The notes beneath the pieces are model-generated. The model was not told the DNA's origin and searched no databases. It saw nothing but the letters and a program-made list of their open reading frames with translations. From an uncultured Chloroflexota bacterium (lineage in GTDB: Bacteria; Chloroflexota; Dehalococcoidia; Lucifugimonadales; GCA-002694895), in contig CATLOZ010000001.1 in NCBI GenBank assembly GCA_950054395.1, positions 1 to 47,383 of the forward strand: a stretch of DNA of 47,383 nucleotides, written 5' to 3'. Numbering within the stretch: the first letter of the stretch is position 1; each line of letters starts with the position of its first letter. The position numbers were made by a program, and so were the translations under genes. Positions 38,776-47,383 of this stretch are shown here, piece after piece.

Positions 38776-39654
38776 ATGAATAATATCAGAGCATATGTAT
38801 CTGACCTTATTAGCTTAACCAAGCCTCCTATTATTTCTTTATTATTAGTTACTGCAACTGGTGCTATATTTTTGGCTAGCGATGGTAGTCCGCCGTTATT
38901 GATCACAATTTATATCTTAATTGGAGGGACATTAGGTGCTGCCGGGGCAAGTGTGATTAATAATGTCATTGATAGAAATATAGATAAAGCTATGATAAGG
39001 ACTTCGAAAAGAGCAGTACCTTCAAGAAGAATTACTCCGACAAGTGCCTTGGTTTATGGAATATTATTAAATGTTTTTTCATTTATTTTATTAAATTTCA
39101 CTGTCAATTTCACAAGTGCTTTTTTAACAATTTTTGCGAGTTTATTTTACATTTTTATTTATACTATCTATTTAAAACCAAGAACTACACAGAATATTGT
39201 CATTGGAGGTGCAGCAGGATGTTTTCCTCCTGTTATAGCATGGGTTGGGATAATTGGATATGAAGGTTTGTTTAATCTTTCTCCGTGGTTTATGTTTTTA
39301 ATTGTTTTTCTTTGGACACCGCCACATTTTTGGGCATTAGGGATACTGATGAAAGATGATTATGAAAGAGCAAATATCCCTATGTTACCTGTTGTACATG
39401 GAATGAAAAGAGTTACTGCAGAGATATTTATTTATTCAATTTCGATTTCGATAACAGTAATTTTATTTTGGTGGTTTAGTACTTTAGGGATGGTGTTTTT
39501 AGTATTTTCTTTGATTAATGGCTTAATATATTCAGGTTTTTGTTATAAATTATTAGTTAATAAAGATAGAAATTCGGCTAGAAGTGCTTATCTTTTTTCA
39601 TTGCTTTATCTTGCATTAATTTTCTTGTTTATTATCATTGATACCTTGGTATAA
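38776..39654 (+). CDS. ctaB: Protoheme IX farnesyltransferase (heme O synthase)
   Basis: UbiA-family membrane protein with NNVIDRNIDKAMIRTSKRAVPS and TPPHFWAL motifs; 292 aa. Confidence 0.85.
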   Translation: MNNIRAYVSDLISLTKPPIISLLLVTATGAIFLASDGSPPLLITIYILIGGTLGAAGASVINNVIDRNIDKAMIRTSKRAVPSRRITPTSALVYGILLNVFSFILLNFTVNFTSAFLTIFASLFYIFIYTIYLKPRTTQNIVIGGAAGCFPPVIAWVGIIGYEGLFNLSPWFMFLIVFLWTPPHFWALGILMKDDYERANIPMLPVVHGMKRVTAEIFIYSISISITVILFWWFSTLGMVFLVFSLINGLIYSGFCYKLLVNKDRNSARSAYLFSLLYLALIFLFIIIDTLV

Positions 39655-39689
39655 GATTTAAAATTATATAAATAATTATATAAATAGTA

Positions 39690-39899
39690 ATAAAAATTTT
39701 AAATATAAACATTGTTTGTAAATCAAGAGATAATGTCACCGCAGAAAAAATTACTTCACTGTTGCCTTTAAAATCAAATATAAATGTTTGGGGTGATGAG
39801 ATTTATTTTCCTGTTGAAAGTATTAAACTTAAATTAGAAGATAATGCTAAAGATCCAAATCAATTATTAATATTAAAGAATATACCTCAGAATACTTAA
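39690..39899 (+). pseudogene. Relic of a cyclophilin-like (PF04126, TM1367-like) gene: no start codon and C-terminal half missing
   Basis: The open frame 39684-39899 translates to IKILNINIVCKSRDNVTAEKITSLLPLKSNINVWGDEIYFPVESIKLKLEDNAKD.... The WG[DE]EIYF block and the spacing match my recollection of the family. ATA sits where ATG is expected. The frame stops about 70 codons in, before the expected GD.aYWpPG..lc.FFG half. Confidence 0.45.
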
Positions 39900-39906
39900 A
39901 TAGAAA

Positions 39907-40881
39907 TTAGTCTTTTAAATTTATAGAGGATATAAAATTCAAATTATCTAAAAACCATTTGCCAGTTTCTCTGACTCCTTTTTCTATATTGTACTTAGGT
40001 TGCCAATTTAACTTTTCTGAAATTTTAGTTATATCAGCAAGACTGTGTTCCACATCTGAAGGATCTCTTGGAATTTTTTTAATAATAGCTTTTTTATCCA
40101 AGAAAGATTCGATAATATTAACCAGGTTATTTAAAGTGGTTGCATTTCCTCCGCCAACATTGAATATTTCATAGCCATTAAGTTTAGTTGACGCAATAAG
40201 TGCATCTGAAACATCGGTTACATATGTATAATCTCTACTAGATTTTCCATCTCCATACATAGTAATAGGTTTGTTTTCTAATATTAATTTTATAAATTTA
40301 AATATGACCATGTCTGGTCTTCCAAACGGTCCATATACTGTAAAGAATCTAAGAATCGCTGTGTTTATACCATAATGATAGTGGTAATTATATGATAATA
40401 ATTCTGCTGAAATTTTTGATGCTGCATAGGGGGATAATGGATTAGATGTTGGAACTTTTTCTGTTGTTGGGAGGGTTTTATTATCTCCGTATACACTTGA
40501 AGTAGACGCAAGTGTGAAATTATTAATTTTAGATATCTTGCATAGCTCTAAAAGATTTAAAGTGGCAATCACGTTATTTTCTTGATAAGCCCATGGATCA
40601 GATAGGCTTGTTCTTACGCCTGCATAAGCAGCCAGATGAATAACAGCAGTTATATTATTTTCATTTTTTAAATTTAGAACATTTGATTTGTTTGTTAAAT
40701 CAATATTATGAAAATGAAAATTTGTATGCTTTGAAAGCTCTTTTAATCTGGCATTTTTTAAATTTACATCATAGAAATCATTGATGTTATCTATTCCTAT
40801 GATTTCATTATTACTTTCAAGTATTCTTTTAGCTGTGTGATATCCAATAAATCCGGCTACACCTGTAATGAGATATTTCAT
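39907..40881 (-). CDS. NAD-dependent epimerase/dehydratase (extended SDR, UDP-sugar 4-epimerase-like)
   Basis: ITGVAGFIGYH Rossmann motif; catalytic YAASKISAE; 324 aa. Confidence 0.85.
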   Translation of the reverse strand: MKYLITGVAGFIGYHTAKRILESNNEIIGIDNINDFYDVNLKNARLKELSKHTNFHFHNIDLTNKSNVLNLKNENNITAVIHLAAYAGVRTSLSDPWAYQENNVIATLNLLELCKISKINNFTLASTSSVYGDNKTLPTTEKVPTSNPLSPYAASKISAELLSYNYHYHYGINTAILRFFTVYGPFGRPDMVIFKFIKLILENKPITMYGDGKSSRDYTYVTDVSDALIASTKLNGYEIFNVGGGNATTLNNLVNIIESFLDKKAIIKKIPRDPSDVEHSLADITKISEKLNWQPKYNIEKGVRETGKWFLDNLNFISSINLKD

Positions 40882-40903
40882 TTATATTATATATTTTTAT
40901 TAT

Positions 40904-41947
40904 TTATTTTAATCCTAACCCATGCCCATTGGGAACATTTATTTTGCCATTATGTATTTCTGGTAATGAATTATAAAAATTGAAATTAAAATTTTTAGGT
41001 ACCCAAGGAATTTCAATCCATCTTGACATTGGGGAAGCAAAAGCCCATTGAATTGATGCATACAATGATGGTCCTATACTAAAATTATGAGGACAAAGTG
41101 CAACATTATATAATTCGGTTAATCCAGTGATGCGTTTAGCAGCAGTTATTCCGCCAATTTTAGTTATTTCTGGCTGTAAATAAGTTACTGTATTATTATC
41201 AAGAAGTTTTTTAAAATCATTAATTGAATATTCATTTTCCCCTGCAGCTATTGGTATTTTTGTTTTAATACCAATTTCTTTTATTGCATCATGGTCACGC
41301 ATTGGACGTACAGGTTCTTCAAACCATGTTATATTATATTTCGCCATTTCTTTGCCAACCTCCAATGCTTCTATTAGATTATAGTGCCCGTTAACATCCA
41401 CCATTATTTTTAATGACTCACCAAATTCTTTTCTTAATATTGATACATATTTTATTTCAACTTCATGAAGTTTTACTGCATTAAATCCACTTTTAATAGC
41501 TCGTTTTGTTTCATTAATTACTAAGTTAGTATTTCTTAAAGGTGGCAGGCTGGCATAACAAGGAAGAGAATTGTGAACAGCACCACCCAGCATTTGCATT
41601 ACTGATATTTTATTAGTTTTGCCTAATAGATCCCATAAGGCTATATCAATTCCAGATAGTCCCATCATATATATACCTTGATCACCATATCTATATCCGT
41701 AATCCCATAAATCATACCAATGTTTTTCAATTTCATCGGGGTTTTCCCCAATTAGTCTTGGAGCAAGTATATTTTCGATCACACTGGCAATTGGTAGTGC
41801 AGTTTTACCTGGATTGTCTGGATCTGGAATACCCCACCATGCTTCTCCAATGCCAAAATCTCCATTATCAGATGTGATTTTGACTATCACTTGATTTTTG
41901 GATTTGCTTGAGATTATATTTACTTTGATATCTGCAATTTTTCTCAT
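40904..41947 (-). CDS. Enolase-superfamily enzyme (mandelate racemase / muconate lactonizing enzyme family)
   Basis: Metal-ligand contexts MVDVNGHYN, WFEEP and IAAGENEY; the QPEITKIGGIT and CPHN blocks. I trimmed the start to the ATG at 41947; the ORF-track start at 42049 would overlap the upstream ATPase gene by 80 nt. Confidence 0.8.
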   Translation of the reverse strand: MRKIADIKVNIISSKSKNQVIVKITSDNGDFGIGEAWWGIPDPDNPGKTALPIASVIENILAPRLIGENPDEIEKHWYDLWDYGYRYGDQGIYMMGLSGIDIALWDLLGKTNKISVMQMLGGAVHNSLPCYASLPPLRNTNLVINETKRAIKSGFNAVKLHEVEIKYVSILRKEFGESLKIMVDVNGHYNLIEALEVGKEMAKYNITWFEEPVRPMRDHDAIKEIGIKTKIPIAAGENEYSINDFKKLLDNNTVTYLQPEITKIGGITAAKRITGLTELYNVALCPHNFSIGPSLYASIQWAFASPMSRWIEIPWVPKNFNFNFYNSLPEIHNGKINVPNGHGLGLK

Positions 41948-41969
41948 AGATATATTATAGATAAAAGAA

Positions 41970-42740
41970 TTATAAGATTTGCGATAGAAATAATTTTGTT
42001 CTTTCTTCTTTAGGGTTATTAAATACTTGCTTTGCAGTACCTTCTTCAACTATTAAACCTTCGTCAAAAAATATAAATCTATCTGCAACTTCTTTTCCAA
42101 ATCCCATTTCATGTGTTACAACAATCATTGTCATACCTGATTTAGCTAATTTTGTCATAACTTCTAAAACTTCTTTTATCATTTCAGGATCTAGGGCTGA
42201 TGTTGGTTCATCAAATAACATTATTTTTGGTTGCATAGCTAAAGCTCTAGCTATTGCTACTCGTTGTTGTTGTCCACCTGATAGTTGTCCAGGGAATTTA
42301 TATGCTTGTTCAGGAATTCCGACTCTTTCTAAAAGTTCAAATGCTAATCCTTCCGACTCTTTTTTTGAAAGGTTTTTTACTTTTTGAGGAGCAAGAGATA
42401 TATTTCTTAAAACTGTTAAATGTGGAAAAAGATTGAATTGTTGAAAAACCATACCAACATTAGACCTGAGTTTTTCAAGATCTTCTACATCGTCATTTAT
42501 TTCAATTCCATCAATTTTTATCGAACCTTTATCATGAGGTTCTAATCTGTTTAGAGTACGAATAAATGTAGATTTTCCAGAGCCAGATGGACCAAATATA
42601 ACAACAACTTCACCTTCTTTAATAGATGTTGTGATTCCTTTCAATGCTTGGAATTGTCCGTACCATTTTTCTACATTTTCACAAATTATGATTTTTTTAT
42701 TAGTTGTAATATTTTTATTATTATTATCCTTATTTACCAT
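41970..42740 (-). CDS. aapP: Polar amino acid ABC transporter ATP-binding protein
   Basis: [36 protein letters not shown]; 256 aa. Confidence 0.9.
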   Translation of the reverse strand: MVNKDNNNKNITTNKKIIICENVEKWYGQFQALKGITTSIKEGEVVVIFGPSGSGKSTFIRTLNRLEPHDKGSIKIDGIEINDDVEDLEKLRSNVGMVFQQFNLFPHLTVLRNISLAPQKVKNLSKKESEGLAFELLERVGIPEQAYKFPGQLSGGQQQRVAIARALAMQPKIMLFDEPTSALDPEMIKEVLEVMTKLAKSGMTMIVVTHEMGFGKEVADRFIFFDEGLIVEEGTAKQVFNNPKEERTKLFLSQIL

Positions 42741-43912
42741 TTTCCTAAACCTAACCTAGTTTCCATTTTAGAGCTTATTCTGGACATTATGTAAGAGAAT
42801 GTCCAGAAAATGACAGCTATAAATAAAAAGACTTCAATTTGTTTTCCAACAAAATCAGGTTGAGCCACTGCAGCATTGGCTGCTCCTAATAATTCAGTTA
42901 AGCTTAAGGCATATACAAGTGTTGTGTCTTTCCATAAAGCAATAAATTGACTAACTAAAGCTGGGATAACTGCTCTTATAGCCTGAGGAATTATTATAAA
43001 CCAAGTTATATTAAATTCATTTAAACCTAAAGCCATACCTGCTTCTCTTTGACCTTTAGGTAGAGATTGCAAGCCTCCTCTTACTATTTCAGCAATATAA
43101 GCAGATGAAAAACCAACAAGTACTATCATTGCTCTTATGACTATATCTATTTTATTTAATTCAAATAATGAAGGGAGGAGTGTTGGGAGAACAAATCGTG
43201 CTAAAAATAACCACCCTATTAATGGAGCAGCACGAATAAATTCAATATAAGCAATGCAGGGATATTTTATGCTTTTAAAGTTACTGTTTCTTCCTAAAGC
43301 AAGTAAAGGTCCAAAAATTATACCACCTGATATCCCAATTGCTGCAAGCATAATGTTTAAAAATACTCCACCCCACCTTTCTGTGCCTACTCCTCCGTTT
43401 ATATTTAGAAGAATAAGTGTGAGTGGTAAAAGTAATATCCATCCATATATAGTTATTTTTTTTAATAAATTTAATTTAATTTTAAATAATACGTATGAGT
43501 TTGATAATACGTATGCTAAACAACCTGATATGATAGCTATTCCAATTATTAAAGAAGCAAATCCAGATAAGAATACTGCAAAGATTATATATAGTATTAA
43601 AATTAAGAGAATTATCTTAATTAAATTTAATTTAGACCATATTGAAATAGACATTCCAATGAGTATGCAACTTAAGATTAAAGATGGAATTAATCTCCAT
43701 TCTTGACCGATAGGAAATCTGCCTAATATAAGTAATCTGAAATTTACTATGACTACTTCCCAGTCCGCATTAATAAATATAAATTTAAATAATCCAAAAA
43801 ATATTAATATAGCAATGTAAAGTCCAATAACAGTTAAAATAGATCCTTTTAAATCATTAAATAAATTATTTTTTATCCAAAATAGAATATTATTGGTTTT
43901 TATATTTATCAA
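42734..43912 (-). CDS. aapM: General L-amino acid ABC transporter permease (AapM-like)
   Basis: Long N-terminal TM extension plus the HisM/GlnP core ([27 protein letters not shown]); 392 aa. TTG start. Confidence 0.8.
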   Translation of the reverse strand: MINIKTNNILFWIKNNLFNDLKGSILTVIGLYIAILIFFGLFKFIFINADWEVVIVNFRLLILGRFPIGQEWRLIPSLILSCILIGMSISIWSKLNLIKIILLILILYIIFAVFLSGFASLIIGIAIISGCLAYVLSNSYVLFKIKLNLLKKITIYGWILLLPLTLILLNINGGVGTERWGGVFLNIMLAAIGISGGIIFGPLLALGRNSNFKSIKYPCIAYIEFIRAAPLIGWLFLARFVLPTLLPSLFELNKIDIVIRAMIVLVGFSSAYIAEIVRGGLQSLPKGQREAGMALGLNEFNITWFIIIPQAIRAVIPALVSQFIALWKDTTLVYALSLTELLGAANAAVAQPDFVGKQIEVFLFIAVIFWTFSYIMSRISSKMETRLGLGKW

Positions 43913-43913
43913 A

Positions 43914-45092
43914 TTAATTATCGATGAGTTGAACGCGTTTATTTAAATAATTCATTCCTATAGATATAATCCATGAAATACATTGATAAGTAACTATGAT
44001 CATAAAATACATAGGAACTGCATGGCCTGCTTTATTAATTATTATTCCAGATACTAAAAATAATTCAGAATAACCGATTACTACAGCTAAACTTGAGTTT
44101 TTTGTTACGTTTAGATATTGATTTGTGATAGAGGGTATCATAATTCGTAGAGCTTGTGGCAATATGATTAATGTTAATCTTTGATAATTTGATAATCCTA
44201 CAGACATTGCTGCCTCTGTTTGACCCTTAGGTAAAGCTTGAATACTACCTCTTACTATTTCAGCTATAAATGATCCTGTATATACAGATAATCCTAATAG
44301 TACAGCACAGAATTCAGGTGTCATTAGTAATCCGCCGTTGTAATTAAATATATTAGGCCCCTGAGAAGTTAATGTAGGTAAATCTAATGTAAAAGAAATG
44401 TTTGTTAAAAATAGCAGAATAAAAGAACAAATGATAAAGAATACAATAGATAAAATATTTTCGGGATATTTAGTTTCTTTATTGTTATTTATATTATTTA
44501 TAAAAGATCTTAATAAAAAACTCACAGTAATTAAAATTATTTCTCCAAAAATGAAAATCCACAAGAGCTGACTTTTTATATTAAACCAAGGAATTACAAG
44601 CCCTCTGTTAGAAATAAAAATTAATTCACTGATATTTTTACCTTCAGAAATATTAGGAAAATTTAAAAATATAGCTATATACCAAAAAACAATTTGAACT
44701 AGTAAAGGGGTATTACGGAATATATTAATATAGATTAAAGCCATTTTGGAAATTAACCAGTTACTAGATAATCTAGATATTCCTATAATTAATCCTATTA
44801 GAGTAGAAAAGATTATTGCAATAATAACCAGTCTTATTGTATTAAATGAAGCTGTTAAGTAAGCAATTATTCTAGAATCACTGCTTTGATAATCTGTAAG
44901 CCATTGATTAAGCATTGAAAATCCGGCAGGTTGAGATAAGAAATTAAAATCTAGTTCTAAAGTAGATAATCTGATTGAAAGATAAATAGTAAAAATAAGT
45001 AGAAATGAAATTGAGGAAGTATTAATAGTATATTTTCTACGTCTGTTTGTTTTAGTTATCCAGGATATATATAGTGATAATTTTTTATACAT
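43914..45092 (-). CDS. aapQ: General L-amino acid ABC transporter permease (AapQ-like)
   Basis: Core motif SFIAEIVRGSIQALPKGQTEAAMSVGL; 392 aa. Paralogous to the downstream permease. Confidence 0.8.
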   Translation of the reverse strand: MYKKLSLYISWITKTNRRRKYTINTSSISFLLIFTIYLSIRLSTLELDFNFLSQPAGFSMLNQWLTDYQSSDSRIIAYLTASFNTIRLVIIAIIFSTLIGLIIGISRLSSNWLISKMALIYINIFRNTPLLVQIVFWYIAIFLNFPNISEGKNISELIFISNRGLVIPWFNIKSQLLWIFIFGEIILITVSFLLRSFINNINNNKETKYPENILSIVFFIICSFILLFLTNISFTLDLPTLTSQGPNIFNYNGGLLMTPEFCAVLLGLSVYTGSFIAEIVRGSIQALPKGQTEAAMSVGLSNYQRLTLIILPQALRIMIPSITNQYLNVTKNSSLAVVIGYSELFLVSGIIINKAGHAVPMYFMIIVTYQCISWIISIGMNYLNKRVQLIDN

Positions 45093-45100
45093 TTAATTTA

Positions 45101-45152
45101 ACATACAACATAACTAGAATGTTACACAAAACATTCTAGTTATGTTGTATGT
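45101..45152 (-). other. Perfect 23-bp stem / 6-nt loop intercistronic hairpin between aapJ and aapQ
   Basis: ACATACAACATAACTAGAATGTT-ACACAA-AACATTCTAGTTATGTTGTATGT, read directly. No clean U-tract follows on the coding (minus) strand. Confidence 0.7.
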
Positions 45153-45164
45153 ATATGATTAATT

Positions 45165-46226
45165 TTAACGCATAGGTGGTGCGTATATAATTCCACCTTG
45201 AGTCCATAGTGCATTTAAGGAACCACTTCGTGGTATTCCAATAGGCTCTATAGTTCGTGCGTAAATTTCACCGTAGTTCCCAACTTGATATAGTACTTTT
45301 TGCATAAAGTCTGCTGATATACCTAGACCAAGATCAGTTACTTCGCCTCCATCCCATCCTACACCAAGTAATCTGGCTTGATTTTTGTTTTTGGGATTAG
45401 CTATATGAGCTTGCAGATTTTGGCTTGATATTCCCATTTCTTCAGCAGCAATAGTTCCTATTACAATCCAGTTGACCACATCAAACCATTTACTATCATT
45501 ATCTCTGGTAACTGGACCTAGAGGTTCTTTGGATAATGTAATAGGTAATATAGTTAATGCATCTGATCCACCAGCATCGGATGGATATTTAGATCTTTGT
45601 CCGGCAAGGTTGGATTTATCTCCAGTCCAACCATCACATCTTCCTGCAATAAATGCTGCTTGACTTCCGGCATCATTTTCTACTGCAAGTTGTTGATAGG
45701 CTAAATTTCTTTCAGTAAACCAATCATCCAAGTTTTGCTCGGTTGTTGTTCCAGTTGTTACGCAAATAGTAGCACCAGTCAAGTCTTTCATGGAAGTGAT
45801 ACCAGAATCGGATTTAACCATCATGCCCTGACCATCATAGAAAGTTGTTACTGCAAATGAAGATTTAAGAGATGCATCACGACTAGCAGTCCAAGTTGTA
45901 GTTCTGATTAGAACATCAATTTCTCCAGCTTTTAACATTTCAAATCTTGCTTTGGCTGTAGCAGGTACATATTTTACTTTATTAGCATCGCCAAGTACTG
46001 CCGCTGCAACGGCTTTACAGTATTCAACATCTTGGCCTGCGTAAGTACCATCAGGTTGAAGGTAACCAAATCCAGGTTGACTATCTTTAATACCACAATG
46101 TAATATACCTCTTTCAACTACTGTTGCAAGAGTGTCACTTGGTACACTTGAAGATTCATCACCTGTTGCACAAGCAAAGAATAATAAAATGAATGGTGTA
46201 AATAATAATAAATATATTTTTTTCAT
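45165..46226 (-). CDS. aapJ: General L-amino acid ABC transporter substrate-binding lipoprotein (AapJ-like)
   Basis: Near full-length collinearity with AapJ as I remember it (GQDVEYCKAVAAAVLGD..KVKY, TTWT.SRD, YDGQGMMV, CVTTGTTTEQNL, SKEPLGPV.R, QVGNYGEIY, LNALWTQGGIIYAPPMR). Lipobox FFAC. I placed the start at the ATG at 46226, preceded by GGAGG; the ORF-track ATG at 46238 is part of that SD. Confidence 0.85.
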   Translation of the reverse strand: MKKIYLLLFTPFILLFFACATGDESSSVPSDTLATVVERGILHCGIKDSQPGFGYLQPDGTYAGQDVEYCKAVAAAVLGDANKVKYVPATAKARFEMLKAGEIDVLIRTTTWTASRDASLKSSFAVTTFYDGQGMMVKSDSGITSMKDLTGATICVTTGTTTEQNLDDWFTERNLAYQQLAVENDAGSQAAFIAGRCDGWTGDKSNLAGQRSKYPSDAGGSDALTILPITLSKEPLGPVTRDNDSKWFDVVNWIVIGTIAAEEMGISSQNLQAHIANPKNKNQARLLGVGWDGGEVTDLGLGISADFMQKVLYQVGNYGEIYARTIEPIGIPRSGSLNALWTQGGIIYAPPMR

Positions 46227-46457
46227 TAAAACCTCCATATAAAAAGGATAATTTATAATCTTTTTGTCAATTTGACCACGTGTATAAGCACCTTAAAAGG
46301 ATGAAGGTTGCTGAGCAATATTGCTACTCTTTACGCTTTTAGTCATAATATTTTAAAATTATTATTTAATCAATAGAAAATTTATGTTTTAGTGTTATCA
46401 AACATTTTTATGATATAAAAAATTAATTTAATATATTATCTACAATTAGGAGGATAA

Positions 46458-47383
46458 ATGAACAGGATTTTAGTTACCGGAGCATCAGGACAAATAGGTT
46501 CAGAACTTATTCCTGAATTAAGAAAATTGTATGGAGAAGAAAATGTAATTGCTTCAGTAAATAAAACACCAATGACTGATGAAGTGCAAAATTCAGGACC
46601 AAATACTAAGATAGATATAATAAATATAGATCAAATAAATAATGCTATTAAAAAATATAATATTGATACCATATATCATTTAGGGTCAATTTTATCTGCT
46701 TCGGCTGAAATTAACAGAAAATTAGCTTATGAAGTTAATTTTAATGGTTTGAATAATATTTTAGAATCTTCTCTTTTAAATAGTGTAAAAAAAGTTATGG
46801 TTGTTTCTTCAATAGCAGCTTTTGGCCCAGAAACTCCAAGTGACAATACTCCAAACGATACGATTCAAAAACCTAATACCCATTATGGTATTTCAAAAGT
46901 ATTTACAGAATTGTTAGGTAATTATTTTTCCACAAAATTAAATTTAGATGTCAGAGGTGTCAGGTTACCTGGGATTATTAGCTGGAAAGTTGAACCGACT
47001 GCGGGTACAACTGATTATGCTGTGGCTATTTTTTATGAAGCTATTAGAAAAAAACACTATACTTGCCCGCTTTCAGAAAATACTAAATTACCAATGATGT
47101 ATATGCCTGATGCCATTTTATCATTGATTAAGTTAGCTCAGGCGGAAAAATCTCAATTAAAACATTTTGCAGATTTCAATGTTAATTCTATGAGTTTTAC
47201 ACCGGGTGACTTAGCTATAGCTATAAAGGAAAAAATCCCGGAATTTGAGATAAATTATAAAATTAATTCCATGTTACAATCTATTGCTGATTCTTGGCCT
47301 GATAAATTAGATGATAGTGTTGCTCGTAAAGAATGGGGATGGAAACCTCAGTATGATTTAAATAGCATGGTAGATGACATGAT
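46458..47383 (+). CDS. tdh: L-threonine 3-dehydrogenase, short-chain (UDP-galactose-4-epimerase-like) type; the 3' end lies outside the window
   Basis: This ORF is absent from the ORF track because it has no stop inside the window. AGGAGG lies 4 nt before the ATG at 46458. Motifs: VTGASGQIGSEL, YGISK, GTTDYAV, KLPMMYMPD, SFTP, IADSWP, ARKEWGWKP. These are collinear with the SDR-type TDH family as I remember it. Confidence 0.8.
   Translation, partial: MNRILVTGASGQIGSELIPELRKLYGEENVIASVNKTPMTDEVQNSGPNTKIDIINIDQINNAIKKYNIDTIYHLGSILSASAEINRKLAYEVNFNGLNNILESSLLNSVKKVMVVSSIAAFGPETPSDNTPNDTIQKPNTHYGISKVFTELLGNYFSTKLNLDVRGVRLPGIISWKVEPTAGTTDYAVAIFYEAIRKKHYTCPLSENTKLPMMYMPDAILSLIKLAQAEKSQLKHFADFNVNSMSFTPGDLAIAIKEKIPEFEINYKINSMLQSIADSWPDKLDDSVARKEWGWKPQYDLNSMVDDM

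Noticed and set aside
43254-43706. A 150-aa plus-strand ORF inside aapM, plus other short antisense or out-of-frame ORFs from the track (54-341, 1499-1834, 1859-2098, 3140-3340, 3698-3916, 4223-4961 set, 8101-8358, 14391-14669, 15216-15428, 16723-16953, 18927-19575, 21697-21891, 23307-23510, 25005-25415, 25613-26192, 28137-28379, 30269-30577, 31392-31619, 32695-33288, 35295-35513, 37719-37913, 39959-40174, 42254-42436, 45472-45663).
   Set aside because: All of them lie within, and opposite to or out of frame with, well-supported conserved genes, and they show no recognisable domains.
46285-46330. Possible SRP (4.5S) RNA domain IV, because of GGATGAAGGTTGCTGAGC resembling GGAAGGAAGCAGC.
   Set aside because: The conserved GUCAGGUCCGGAAGGAAGCAGC core, the GNRA-capped helix and the matching 3' strand (GGCAGG-type) are absent. 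The local hairpin is just the AGCAATATTGCT palindrome.
1-47383. A search for tRNA or rRNA genes, CRISPR repeats, IS elements or transposases, integrases, toxin-antitoxin pairs, restriction-modification systems or other defence genes.
   Set aside because: None were found by eye. There are no repeated 25-40-nt units with regular spacers, no tRNA-like GTTCGAATC T-arm contexts, and no nuclease, methylase or recombinase motifs in any ORF. A tRNAscan, Infernal and defence-HMM scan would be needed to be certain.

Overview
This is a strongly AT-rich, tightly packed chromosomal segment, roughly 30% GC by eye (not computed). I call about 45 protein-coding genes. I found no rRNA, tRNA, CRISPR array, transposase, integrase or phage gene. 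TGA, TAA and TAG all terminate genes here, so the standard bacterial code applies.

Gene content is mostly housekeeping and nutrient scavenging:
- a BtuFCD/FecBCD-type ABC importer followed by folC
- fabF, pyrE and nadD
- obg, interrupted by one in-frame TAA
- an MscS channel and an MFS transporter
- two acyl-CoA dehydrogenases
- a serine hydrolase, a CapA-like protein and a Zn-dehydrogenase running directly into dnaA
- a histidine phosphatase and lysS
- ileS with a clear T-box leader (Ile AUC specifier)
- a DUF2339 / DUF917 / hydantoinase-like operon
- pstSCAB-phoU
- an Fe-alcohol dehydrogenase
- two small orphan genes
- coaX, a TcuA-like flavoprotein, a GGCT-like protein and ctaB
- a relic of a cyclophilin-like gene
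- an aapJQMP amino-acid importer fused in one operon with an enolase-superfamily enzyme and an SDR epimerase
- a partial short-chain L-threonine dehydrogenase at the 3' edge

The T-box, the low GC and the extreme compaction suggest a streamlined, probably marine, non-proteobacterial lineage such as Chloroflexota or Actinomycetota. That is only a guess.

I see no recognisable defence island or mobile element, and I cannot point to a clearly novel multi-gene system. The best candidates for follow-up are:
- the DUF2339-DUF917-hydantoinase operon, whose DUF917 gene has no canonical start codon
- the transporter-racemase-epimerase operon
- the interrupted obg
- the highly structured small repeat-protein locus
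- the importer-folC linkage

Several ORF-track coordinates needed correction:
- two genes run off the window edges
- four ORFs carry false N-terminal extensions
- one gene is truncated by the missing start codon
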